From Tubiluchus corallicola (taxonomy: Eukaryota; Animalia; Priapulida), in the NCBI GenBank assembly GCA_030141605.1, contig JAQGDQ010001805.1, positions 1-24,823 of the forward strand: 24,823 bases of DNA, read 5' to 3'. How positions within the stretch are numbered: the first letter of the stretch is position 1; every line of letters begins with the position of its first letter. The notes below the pieces were generated by a model that saw only the letters and a program-made list of their open reading frames with translations, did not search any database and was not told the origin of the DNA. Below are positions 1-24,823 of this stretch, piece after piece. The position numbers and the translations under genes were made by a program.

Positions 1-1481
1 CTTGCGGCCTAATTCAGGTTCCAAATTTGCAAGTATTATCACGACAATAATTCCTATTAAAAACCAGCTGCTTTTTATTTTCTCTGTTACACTCATGGCA
101 TTATGTCAATTATGCTGAAGTTATACAGATAATAAAAATTTCTCAGCAGATACGAAAATTGCCACGGAATTCAGCGTTGACAGGAAGTAACCAACAACAC
201 CTAGCATAGTGCGCACAAAGAACTTCCTGTAAATAGTTCTACGTTGCGCATTGATATTTTACATATGAGTGCACTCATTACGCCCAATACAATATGATGC
301 ACATCAGCAACCACAGCGAAATCGACTGAAGTAGTGGCTGATAAATGTCGTTTTTGAGATCTAGACCTATCTACAATTATCTAATGGAAAAAGACTATAC
401 TGCCACACTTTAGTGCATAGTTGTGTGCATGCATTATAAAAATCACTGGTAGGTGCTAGCACTAACCCATTATGAGCACTATTGAGCAGTGCATCCCAAC
501 GGAGACTGAGTACAAAGAGATTTTGGACTGAAAACTAATTGGCACAGTTAGGGCTAAAATTTGATATTTATAAATACTTAAATTGTATTTTTAATTCTGC
601 CATATGTGCAAGTAAAGTTATTCAAGAAAAGCAAACACTAGTTCCATCACAGTGCATGTTATTATTTACTAGGTAATATTTTAGTCTTATTTATCGCAAA
701 TGTCTGTTTATAAATTATAGGCTAAAAAATTTCGTATTTTTCACATTACTTTAAACAATTATGCTATAAGGTAATTAGTAACGAAATTTTAAAGCCGTGT
801 AAGGAACATTTGCACTTGACTCACATTATTATTGCAATAATACACAAACAGTTAAATTAAGCATTTCTGAGTAATCTTATTTTGAGGATACCTTTTACGC
901 TAGTTTACCATTGGTTCAAAAAGTAGCAGCTTGTTGCTCCTCTTTTGTCAAAGGATGGCGCCACATGCTTTGCACTGTGCCCTAAAAAATCTCTATTTAC
1001 TTGAAACATTCTTCTACAGGTACCATGTTTGTAGAACTCATGCCATTCCTACAGTTTCTACTGATTTATTATTAACGTTGTTAATTTTTAATTGATTGCA
1101 TCAGCTAAAATCACTGTCATGATAAAAAAGTCTTTTAAATTAATGAGCAAAAGTAATCTATTATGCATTACTGGATTATGTTCTCAATGGGCAGCGTCAT
1201 TGTCTCCCAAAATTGTATTGGGATTTTCCAAATTCTGTCGTTCACGACAATAGAATAAAATTAACTCAATTAAATCATTTAAATTAATTAAATTGCACTA
1301 AAAAACGAGTTTTGAAAAACAGCTTCAATAAAGAAGTGACAAAATATTAGGTCATTATTTTAACTTCATTAACTACAATTGTTTATGTCTTGATAATAAT
1401 TTCTCAATGAATGCAAATCTACTTATAGCACTGGATTTCCCAAGACATCTGTAGTTGTCTAAAATAAACTGTATGTATAAC

Positions 1482-2764
1482 TGTCTGCTGGACATGTTTC
1501 TCAATGTTAGTATACCTGTGCAAGCAGGAGATCAAGGATCATAAGTCTGCTGAACATGATGTTTCTCAATGTTAGTATACCTGTGCAAGCAGGAGATCAA
1601 GGATCATAAGTCTGCTGAACATGATGTTTCTCAATGTTAGTATACCTGTGCAAGCAGGAGATCAAGGATCATAAGTCTGCTGAACATGATGTTTCTCAAT
1701 GTTAGTATACCTGTGCAAGCAGGAGATCAAGGTTCATAAGTCTGCTGAACATGATGTTTCTCAATGTTAGTATACCTGTGCAAGCAGGAGATCAAGGATC
1801 ATAAGTCTGCTGAACATGATGTTTCTCAATGTTAGTATACCTGTGCAAGCAGGAGATCAAGGATCATAAGTCTGCTGAACATGATGTTTCTCAATGTTAG
1901 TATACCTGTGCAAGCAGGAGATCAAGGATCATAAGTCTGCTGAACATGATGTTTCTCAATGTTAGTATACCTGTGCAAGCAGGAGATCAAGGATCATAAG
2001 TCTGCTGAACATGATGTTTCTCAATGTTAGTATACCTGTGCAAGCAGGAGATCAAGGATCATAAGTCTCAACAACAAAAACCCAACAAAAAGATCATAAG
2101 TCTGCTGAACATGATGTTTCTCAATCTTAGTATACCTGTGCAAGCAGGAGATAAAAGATCATAAGTCTGCTGAACATGATGTTTCTCAATGTTAGTATAC
2201 CTGTGCAAGCAGGAGATCAAGGATCATAAGTCTGCTGAACATGATGTTTCTCAATGTTAGTATACCTGTGCAAGCAGGAGATCAAGGATCATAAGTCTGC
2301 TGAACATGATGTTTCTCAATGTTAGTATACCTGTGCAAGCAGGAGATCAAGGATCATAAGTCTGCTGAACATGATGTTTCTCAATGTTAGTATACCTGTG
2401 CAAGCAGGAGATCAAGGATCATAAGTCTGCTGAACATGATGTTTCTCAATGTTAGTATACCTGTGCAAGCAGGAGATCAAGGATCATAAGTCTGCTGAAC
2501 ATGATGTTTCTCAATGTTAGTATACCTGTGCAAGCAGTAGATCAAGGATCATAAGTCTACTGAACATGATGTTTCTCAATCTTAGTATACCTGTGCAAGC
2601 AGGAGATAAAAGATCATAAGTCTGCTGAACATGATGTTTCTCAATCTTAGTATACCTGTGCAAGCAGGAGATAAAAGATCATAAGTCTGCTGAACATGAT
2701 GTTTCTCAATCTTAGTATACCTGTGCAAGCAGGAGATCAAGGATCATAAGTCTGCTGAACATGA
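1482..2764. repeat. 65-bp minisatellite, 19 full units, one interruption near 2067-2092
   Basis: The unit TCAATGTTAGTATACCTGTGCAAGCAGGAGATCAAGGATCATAAGTCTGCTGAACATGATGTTTC starts at 1501, 1566, 1631 ... 2021, then 2121, 2186 ... 2706. Copies are near-identical with no variable spacers. Confidence 0.97.
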
Positions 2765-2859
2765 AGCATTGAACTCTCACAGACAGTATCAGACCAAGAT
2801 AAAGAAAGTGCTTTTGACAAAAAAGTAATGATTACGCAAAGTAATAATATATTTTAACA

Positions 2860-2865
2860 TTTATT
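2860..2865 (-). terminator. candidate polyadenylation signal (AATAAA) for PSMC1; an alternative lies at 2962-2967
   Basis: TTTATT on + reads AATAAA on -, about 300 nt after the stop codon, and is followed on the minus strand by U-rich sequence. Confidence 0.45.
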
Positions 2866-3167
2866 TAATTAACCACATACATCTGCACAGTGTATACTGG
2901 AACTTCTTCTAATGAAATTTAATGCCAGGTTTTGTAGCAAAACAAAAAGTCAACACTGTGATTTATTGATATGATTAATGCTTAACCAAAATGTTGACAA
3001 AATCAAATTATATACAGATATTTTTTCAACTCGAATTCAAGTCACGCAAAACCATCTCACACATTCGAAAGAGTTTCTTGAATATGCATTCAAAAGAGAT
3101 ATGCAAGTCAATGTTAAATGTAGAACAACAAACTGATTTTAATAATTAGATCTTAGACTTTAACGTA

Positions 3168-4490
<1,323 letters not shown>

Positions 4491-4720
4491 TTATAACTGG
4501 TGTATTTTACCGGTGACGGCAAGAAAAACCAAAGTTATACAAATGATTCAATAAAACTTGAAAAACACAAACAGGCACAAAATCAAGAATGACGAAGCCA
4601 AAGCCAGATCTGTGCAATGTAAATTCAGCTGTTGATTTATTACATCGTCAAATCGTTAAATTCATTCAAATATAATCTTTAGCTTTTCGTACGCCAACAG
4701 CTCATGGCTTTCGGACAAGA
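4491..4720. promoter_or_regulatory. PSMC1 5' UTR/promoter, probably bidirectional
   Basis: Inferred from position: directly upstream of the PSMC1 ATG and of the first plus-strand splice donor (4829). Locally richer in CpG. Confidence 0.4.
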
Positions 4721-7027
4721 AAAAATTAAAATGAACGAAAAGCGAAAACACTCGATAAGTTGAGCTTTTTTAATATTTGAGAAGCATGTTAGAAAGTTTC
4801 GGCAGTAAAATTGTGACAAGCACGATGCGTAAGTGATAAAATCAATTTAAAATTCAGTCACTTCCCACTTGGGCTGGCAGTGCATTCATTTTGAGTAATG
4901 ATGACAACAACAGTTACAGTTGGGTAAAACTTGACCAATTTTATGGTATATTACACTGTCATTTTGTGGCATGACTCTTATTCTGATAACAATTAATACA
5001 TGTTTAATGATTGAAATATCTTGTTGATAGATTATGATTAATATAATTTTATGTGATTTATATTACATGAATCAATAATCTAATTTATTGTTAAGAAAAA
5101 TTGTTAAACAACCGGGAAATATAAGGTCATGTAGTGTTGTGGTGATTACAAGCTGTGCAAGTGGTACTTAGGCATGACAATTTTAAAATCATTATCTATA
5201 ACAAATCTCAGTAATATCTGGTGTTAGAATTTGCAGACTGATAGAACAAATCACGAAAATTTTGCACACAGTGAAAATAGTAAACATAAACTAATTTTGT
5301 AAACACAACAATGTAATGTCAACAAAAACAGAATTCCCAATTGCTAGACGCACGCACGTTAGTTGTACTTAACTTTAAAAATGTGATAATTTGCAGGCTG
5401 AACAGCCATGGTGCCCATCTACAAGCCATGGTGCATTGAACGTTTAGCATTGAAAAAGTCATACTAGAACATTTGTCATGCTATTTCTGCAATGGGGCAA
5501 TATTTTTAAGGTAAGCTTGCTGCACTTGATGTTGATGACATCATCGTATATGTGACGTTGCCTGTAATCCTAAAGTATAATCATGCACAAACTACGTCTA
5601 CTGATTTCAGTTGGCCATGCACTACTCTAATGAACTGGGCTTAATTTTCATCTCTGGATATTGCATTAAGCAAGTAAAAAACAGTTAAAAGTTAAGTAAA
5701 GGAAAAAAATTACACAAAATACTTTGCATAATAGATTTGAATGGTGAATTACTAACACTTATTATCTCGTCACAGTTTAATACCAAAGGCGTATAGCTCC
5801 AATGCTATGCCCTATCTGCCTCTGAATGCATGATATTGTGGGAAGTGACTTTGACGGAACAATGCTGTCATCCCTAAACTCAGATATCACGTTATAATTA
5901 TCGAAATCATACCAGCTGCAATGTACCAGGTGAGTGAGAGATAAAAAGACATCATAAAAACAGAGCAGAAGCCAACGTTGGAGACACATTTATCATATGG
6001 AATTATTACCACAGAAGTTTACCACTGCATATAATCTGTCAGTAATGGAAGGAGCGTGGTAATTTTCAGATAAAATGCGAATAATGTGTATATTTATTAA
6101 AATTTTACAAACTCGGTTTTGCAATTAGTGAAGCAAGTTAAACTCATTTACTGAAACAAATTTAGGGCTAAAATTGTTAAATTAAATGTATGTTTATAGA
6201 GTTGACTAATGTGTTATTGTAATGTATATAAGCTAGAGTTAGCCAAGAATAAGAGCTTCTATTGTTAAACTTAGATATTAATGGTGGTAATTCAATAAAT
6301 GTAATAATCATAGCATATAACAGGTTTAGTGTTCAAGTTTTGTCAAGTTGCTACAAACAAATACTCACAACTGGACCCGCAAAAATAACATGTAGGGATG
6401 GGTGTTAAAGCGCCGTGCTGGTGAATATTACATTTTCATACCAACTTACAATGACACGTACATTGTACCATCGAAAGACTTGTCGCCTATCCATGAGTAT
6501 GTGTGCCCTAAAAACTAAAAACAATCAAAGATAGATGTATTAGTTTCTACTGACTGTCTGGCAAATTAAGGGTCTTAAACTTTTGTTAGTTGCTATTATG
6601 GGAACTCATTCCATATAAATGTACAGCAAAAAACTGAAAGATCTTGCTCCATAAGACTTTTTAATCTTATAAATTATTTGCTAAAGTATTATTATTATTA
6701 CTACTTACTCAATATCCCTGTCCTCCTCATATAATACTAACTAAGCCTATACTATTCTAAATCAGCTGATGCCAGTGAGAATAGATGCTGCTTCAAATTT
6801 TTAGTATCATGATTAAAATTAACATTAATAACTGTAGTTTTAATTTAGTATTAAATGCAACTTAAATTTTGATACTTTGATACTGCATAATTATCTACCT
6901 ATCTATAATTCTATATAATACCCTTACATGTTAGTTTATCATCGTAATGTGCCCAACACCCGTTACATCTATTGTAGATACTGGGAAGGCAGAGTTCCAA
7001 AATAAAAGAACTCTGCCTTCACAACAG
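4700..7027 (+). ncRNA. putative spliced non-coding transcript (divergent lncRNA or extended OBI1 5' leader); exons ~4700-4828, 5397-5510, 5776-5929, possibly 6978-7027
   Basis: Donors: TGC|GTAAGT (4829), AAG|GTAAGC (5511), CAG|GTGAGT (5930), CAG|GTAAAT (7028). Acceptors: TTTGCAG (5396), TCACAG (5775, with a perfect TACTAAC branch point at 5750-5756), TTGTAG (6977). The joined exons have stops in all three frames. The start coordinate is approximate. Confidence 0.45.
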
Positions 7028-7508
7028 GTAAATACAGCAGTAATCAAGCAAAAAAACTAAACACTGCTACGCCAGCGGCTTGTCAGCGCCAGCAGCAGTA
7101 ATAACAGAAACCACAACAAGAAGGCAACAACAACAACAAAACAAAAATGGTAAAGCAGCAATAGCAATAACAAACCTTACACGTACCATTCCATTTTTAT
7201 GACTAAACCGCTTTTAATGGCACTATACTCGGCATACCCTAATCTCTTTGTTTTCTCATAAATGTATGCTGACAGCAGCAGCCTGAATTGAATTGAATTA
7301 TTCCGAAAACATAAACCGGCGACTATATTCACAGTAACGATAAACTTTTGCAAAGATTTGCGGTATTGCCTAGATTTTAACTAAATAAAAATTCAAAACA
7401 TTTCGGGGAGTTTTGACAACTACCAGTATTATAATTATGATAAAAACGGTGTCGCAGGCTACAATTTCTTGATACTTGTAGAACAGTATAATATTGTTAG
7501 TAAAAGTG

Positions 7509-20919
<13,411 letters not shown>

Positions 20920-21113
20920 TTTTTATGTCATTAATTATTTTTTGTTTAGCAGTTTTTCTTAAATAACTAGTATTGTTCTTATAATCTACGATGGTGAAAA
21001 ATTACAGTTCGTATTTACATCGTAGTTGTAGAATTTATGTTTAATAATTTAGTATTATTTTAATTGGTTATTTTGGGCGAAACTTGTAGCTTTTGTTGTT
21101 CTACATTTCTTAA

Positions 21114-21677
21114 AACAAAACTAGACCCAATATTAAACTGCAGTTCAAAACAATCTACTCTTTAAAATATTGAAAGGAAACAAAATGACTTACGTGAAAG
21201 AATTATTACCACACAAACACAATTTCACATTCGCGTCACTAGTTCTTCGCTGTTACATGCATTTTGCCATTCGTTAAGTCAGACGGGCTCTAGCATTTTA
21301 GAAACACATTGCACAAAAAACGTGACCTGTATCTCTCAGTTCAGATGTGCTAGTTTGTGATGAACTGCACACGTTCGACAGCTCATGCGTGAGCACAGCT
21401 GTAAATTTGAAATTTGAATTTTTATTTTAAAACTTGCCTAGTTTTAGTACAACACAGTGAATACCTTGCAGTAGCACTATACTTCAATTTTTCCTTTTGC
21501 AAAAACTTCATGTTAGTTTGTGATGTCATCAACAGTTGGGCTCGCCCGCCACTAATTAAGTTATTAATCTATGATTTAATTATCAGAAACACCTTTGCAG
21601 TATTAATTGTGTTAAAATGTATACTTTTTATCGGCCTTGAAAATGGGGTAGTCTAGGAAAAATCACCCTGTCTTCCT
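21114..21677. mobile_element. Kolobok-like MITE, family B, copy 2
   Basis: TTAA on both sides; right end CACCCTGTCTTCCT; colinear with 13077-13686 apart from internal deletions. Confidence 0.8.
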
Positions 21678-21717
21678 TTAAAGGGAAATTTTAAAGTATG
21701 TCTCAAAATTTTTTTCG

Positions 21718-21950
21718 TTACATTACTTTGCATTACATTACATACAAGTACGTTACATTACTTTACATTACATTACATTACATTACATTACAAGTACGTT
21801 ACATTACATTACATTACATTACTTTGCATTACATTACATTACAAGTACGTTACATTACATTACATTAGAAGTACGTTACATTACATTACATTACTTTGCA
21901 TTACATTACATTACAAGTATGTTACATTACATTACATTACTTTGCATTAC
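21718..21950. repeat. (TTACA)n pentanucleotide satellite with recurring AAGTACG and TTTGCA variants
   Basis: Seen directly. Confidence 0.95.
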
Positions 21951-23006
21951 GTTTAGCCGTTTGAAATACATACGTAACTGAAAAAGTTCTCAATATATTT
22001 TAAAATGCTCACAGCAGTTGGTAAAACGTCACGATTTACGATCACATTATCCACCAAAAACGTCACTTGTTCTACAAAAAAATGACATTATCAATCTAAT
22101 TGGTAAGATAAAGCTATTTATAACTCTCAAGCTATCTACAGCCTTGCTGCAAGTCCTGTGTGCAATAAGTCTGCATTTAGGCGATATAAGATTTCAAGGA
22201 GATTTTTTTTATAGTTTTTTGTAAGAAAGAAATTTTCTTGTGTTTCAAACACCATTATTTAACTGTTTTTTACCATTGTAACTAAATAATTTTAGATATC
22301 TTGTCTTTTGTGTTATGTGCATAAATATACTTTCAAAAGTGTTAATTATGGACTAAACAATTTGATACTAAACTATACGATGCAATACGATAACAATACT
22401 AAAGTACACTAAAAACTAAGTATAGTTTATTCTTACTGTAATTGTTCTTGTAAATAGTGTATAAAGTCTGTTGTGGTGAGGATCCTAAATCATGTTGTAG
22501 AAACTGTCTGATCCAATCCTAAATAAATTATGTTTAAACTAAACTAAACAATTCGATTACATGTATATGATAACAGATTACAATTATATGATTACGATTA
22601 CAGATTATATGATAACTGGTTTTTATACAGTACATTAACCCTGATAGTAATGCTACTTTTATTGTAAACTGTGTGAATAGTGAATGATATTTCACATTAT
22701 TTCCATTAACTTACTGCAACATGTGAATAATACATTACACTACTGTAGCTACTTAAGGAAACCATGATTTTTTACACATTATGGAATCTGAAAATGCTAA
22801 CAGTTGTAGTATTTTTAGTCATGGGCCTTTAGTTTATTTTTAACAAATGATTTGCAAATAATCTGGTAATTTTTAGTAAATGTTAAATTAAAAGTGTAAA
22901 AATAACTAATAATAGATGTTATTGGTGTAAAATAATTTGTTTATTTAATATCTTTACTCCCTGATTTCTCTTTGGTGATATCGATTAAAATACAAATCCT
23001 GTTTAC

Positions 23007-23540
23007 TTGTTGCTGTTGCTGCTGTTGTTGTTATTGTTGCTGTTGTTGTTATTGTTGCTGCTGCTGTTGTCATTGTTGTTGCTGTTGTTGTTGCTTTTGT
23101 TATTGTTGTTGCTGTTGTTGTTTGCTTGTTGTTGTTGTTGTTGCTGCTGTTGTTGTTGTTATTGTTGTTCTTGCTGTTGTTATTGCTGTTGCTGTTGTTG
23201 TTGCTGCTGCTACTGTTGTTGCTGTTGTTATTGTTGCTGCTGCTGCTGTTGTTATTGTTGTTGCTGTTGTTGTTGCTGCTGCTACTGTTGTTGTTGTTAT
23301 TGTTGCTGCTGCTACTGTTGTTGTTCTTGTTGCTGCTGCTGTTGTTGTTGTTGCTGCTGCTGCTATTGTTGTTGTTGTTGCTGCTGCTACTGTTGTTGTT
23401 GTTATTGTTGCTGCTGCTGCTGTTGTTGTTGTTGTTGCTGCCGCCACTGCTGCTGTTGTTCTAGTTGTTGCTGCTGCTACTGTTGTTGTTGTTGCTGCCG
23501 CTGCTGCTGTTGTTGTTCTTCTGGCTGCTACTGTTATCAT

Positions 23541-23574
<34 letters not shown>

Positions 23575-23690
23575 ACTGTTGTTGTTGTTATTGTTGCTGC
23601 TGCTACTGTTGTTGTTGCTGCTGCTGCTGCTGTTGTTGTTGTTGTTGCTGCCGCCACTGCTGCTGTTGTTCTAGTTGTTGCTGCTGCTAC

Positions 23691-23721
<31 letters not shown>

Positions 23722-23880
23722 GCTGCTGCTGCTGTTGTTGTTCTTGTAGCTGCTACTGTTATCATTGTTGTTGTTGCTGCTGTTGTTGTTGTTGTTGTTG
23801 TTGTTGCTGCTGCTACTGTTGTTGTTGTTGCTGCTGCTGTTGTTGATGTTGTTGCTGCTGTTACTGTTGTTGTTGTTGCT

Positions 23881-23912
<32 letters not shown>

Positions 23913-23974
23913 TGCTGCGGCTGTTGTCATTGTTGTTGCTGTTGCTGTTGTTCTTGTAGCTGCTACTGTTGTCA

Positions 23975-24007
<33 letters not shown>

Positions 24008-24019
24008 CTGCTACTGTTG

Positions 24020-24058
<39 letters not shown>

Positions 24059-24112
24059 TTGTTGTTGCTGCTGCTGCTGCCGCTGCTGCTGTTGTTGTTG
24101 TTGTTATTACTG
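23007..24112. repeat. compound (GTT/GCT)n trinucleotide tract, about 1.1 kb
   Basis: Seen directly; contains internally duplicated blocks. Confidence 0.95.
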
Positions 24113-24148
24113 CAGTCAGCTTCATTTTCTACTATCAGTTATGCCTAT

Positions 24149-24488
24149 CAGCCTAGGGTGCCAAAGTGTGAGGGCGCCACATTTCATGTAATGGGCACAT
24201 TTTATAACACACCACAGGCAGTTACTGAGCATGCCTTTTATATAAGTGCCACATAACGAAGAAGTGCAAGTTATTATGCAACAAACAGTTGTGCAGCTTA
24301 CTTAAATATAAGCTGTATGCAAATACATGTTACTAATAATGAAGACGCAGAAACTAGGTTAATAGTATTTCTAATACACCGCAAGTAATTGTGTAATCTG
24401 CTTATTACATTAGCAACCATAAGTTCACAAAGGAGATGGGCGGGGCAGAACTATCACCCTAGCAGCTAGGCGTCGTAAATACGCCCTG
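24149..24488. mobile_element. probable truncated hAT-like MITE fragment
   Basis: Right end AAATACGCCCTG; subterminal inverted pair CTAGGGTG (24153-24160) / CACCCTAG (24455-24462); shares 116 bp with 18369-18484. No left TIR or TSD seen. Confidence 0.35.
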
Positions 24489-24823
24489 TCTAGTAGTTAA
24501 TTTAAACCGTTTTGAGCAGTTGTAGACTGCTATTGTTCAAAATATCTGATTTATTTTACTTAAATGGTCCCAGGTAAATTCAAGCATGGATCTCCTGAAA
24601 TTTTGCCATAGTTCCAGATAAAATGTGAAGTAGTACGAAAATTGTAGTATATTTTAACCCATTGTATCCCGTGGGATATGAGAATATTTTCTGCCTTTAA
24701 AATTAATAAAATTTTAAAACTGACAGTTATTTGATCTGTTAATATTTATTTTGATTTAAGCCAATAACAACAGACTAAAAATAGTGATAAAATGGCAAAC
24801 TAGAAAATCTACATAGCATAAAA

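Noticed and set aside
1482-2764. CRISPR array interpretation of the 65-bp repeat
   Set aside because: Units are identical end to end with no unique spacers, there are no cas genes, and the context is eukaryotic.
7060-7152. CAG/CAA-rich stretch as a poly-Q exon
   Set aside because: Short degenerate trinucleotide repeat with no supporting frame or splice context.
22972-24256. Poly-Cys, poly-Leu and poly-Val/Ala plus-strand ORFs
   Set aside because: Frame readings of the GTT/GCT tract with non-ATG starts and implausible composition.

Overview
AT-rich invertebrate (metazoan) nuclear DNA; I cannot identify the species. There are two protein-coding genes, arranged head-to-head. (1) An intronless 26S proteasome ATPase Rpt2/PSMC1 lies on the minus strand at 3168-4490. 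(2) A six-coding-exon RING E3 ligase, OBI1/RNF219, lies on the plus strand at 7509-20919; the ORF track shows only pieces of it. I spliced it by eye with GT-AG boundaries and consistent phases: 7509-7568, 8562-8694, 10269-10387, 15782-15988, 17871-17959, 19440-20919, giving 2088 nt and 695 aa. Its last exon carries a tandem expansion of SQ/SP-rich repeats. Between the two genes (about 4700-7030) is a run of strong plus-strand splice signals with no ORF, which suggests a spliced divergent lncRNA or a long uORF-rich OBI1 leader. The OBI1 introns and 3' flank are packed with non-autonomous transposons: hAT MITEs with 8-bp TSDs, TTAA-flanked Kolobok-like MITEs, TA-flanked pogo/Tc1-like MITEs, a foldback-type element, a tRNA-derived SINE and a 5'-truncated RTE-type LINE. 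Tandem repeats include 65-, 42- and 37-bp minisatellites, (CT)n, (TTACA)n and a 1.1-kb GTT/GCT tract that reads as a Thr/Ala-rich ORF on the minus strand. There is no CRISPR or prokaryotic system. The findings are hypotheses read from the sequence alone; no searches were run.
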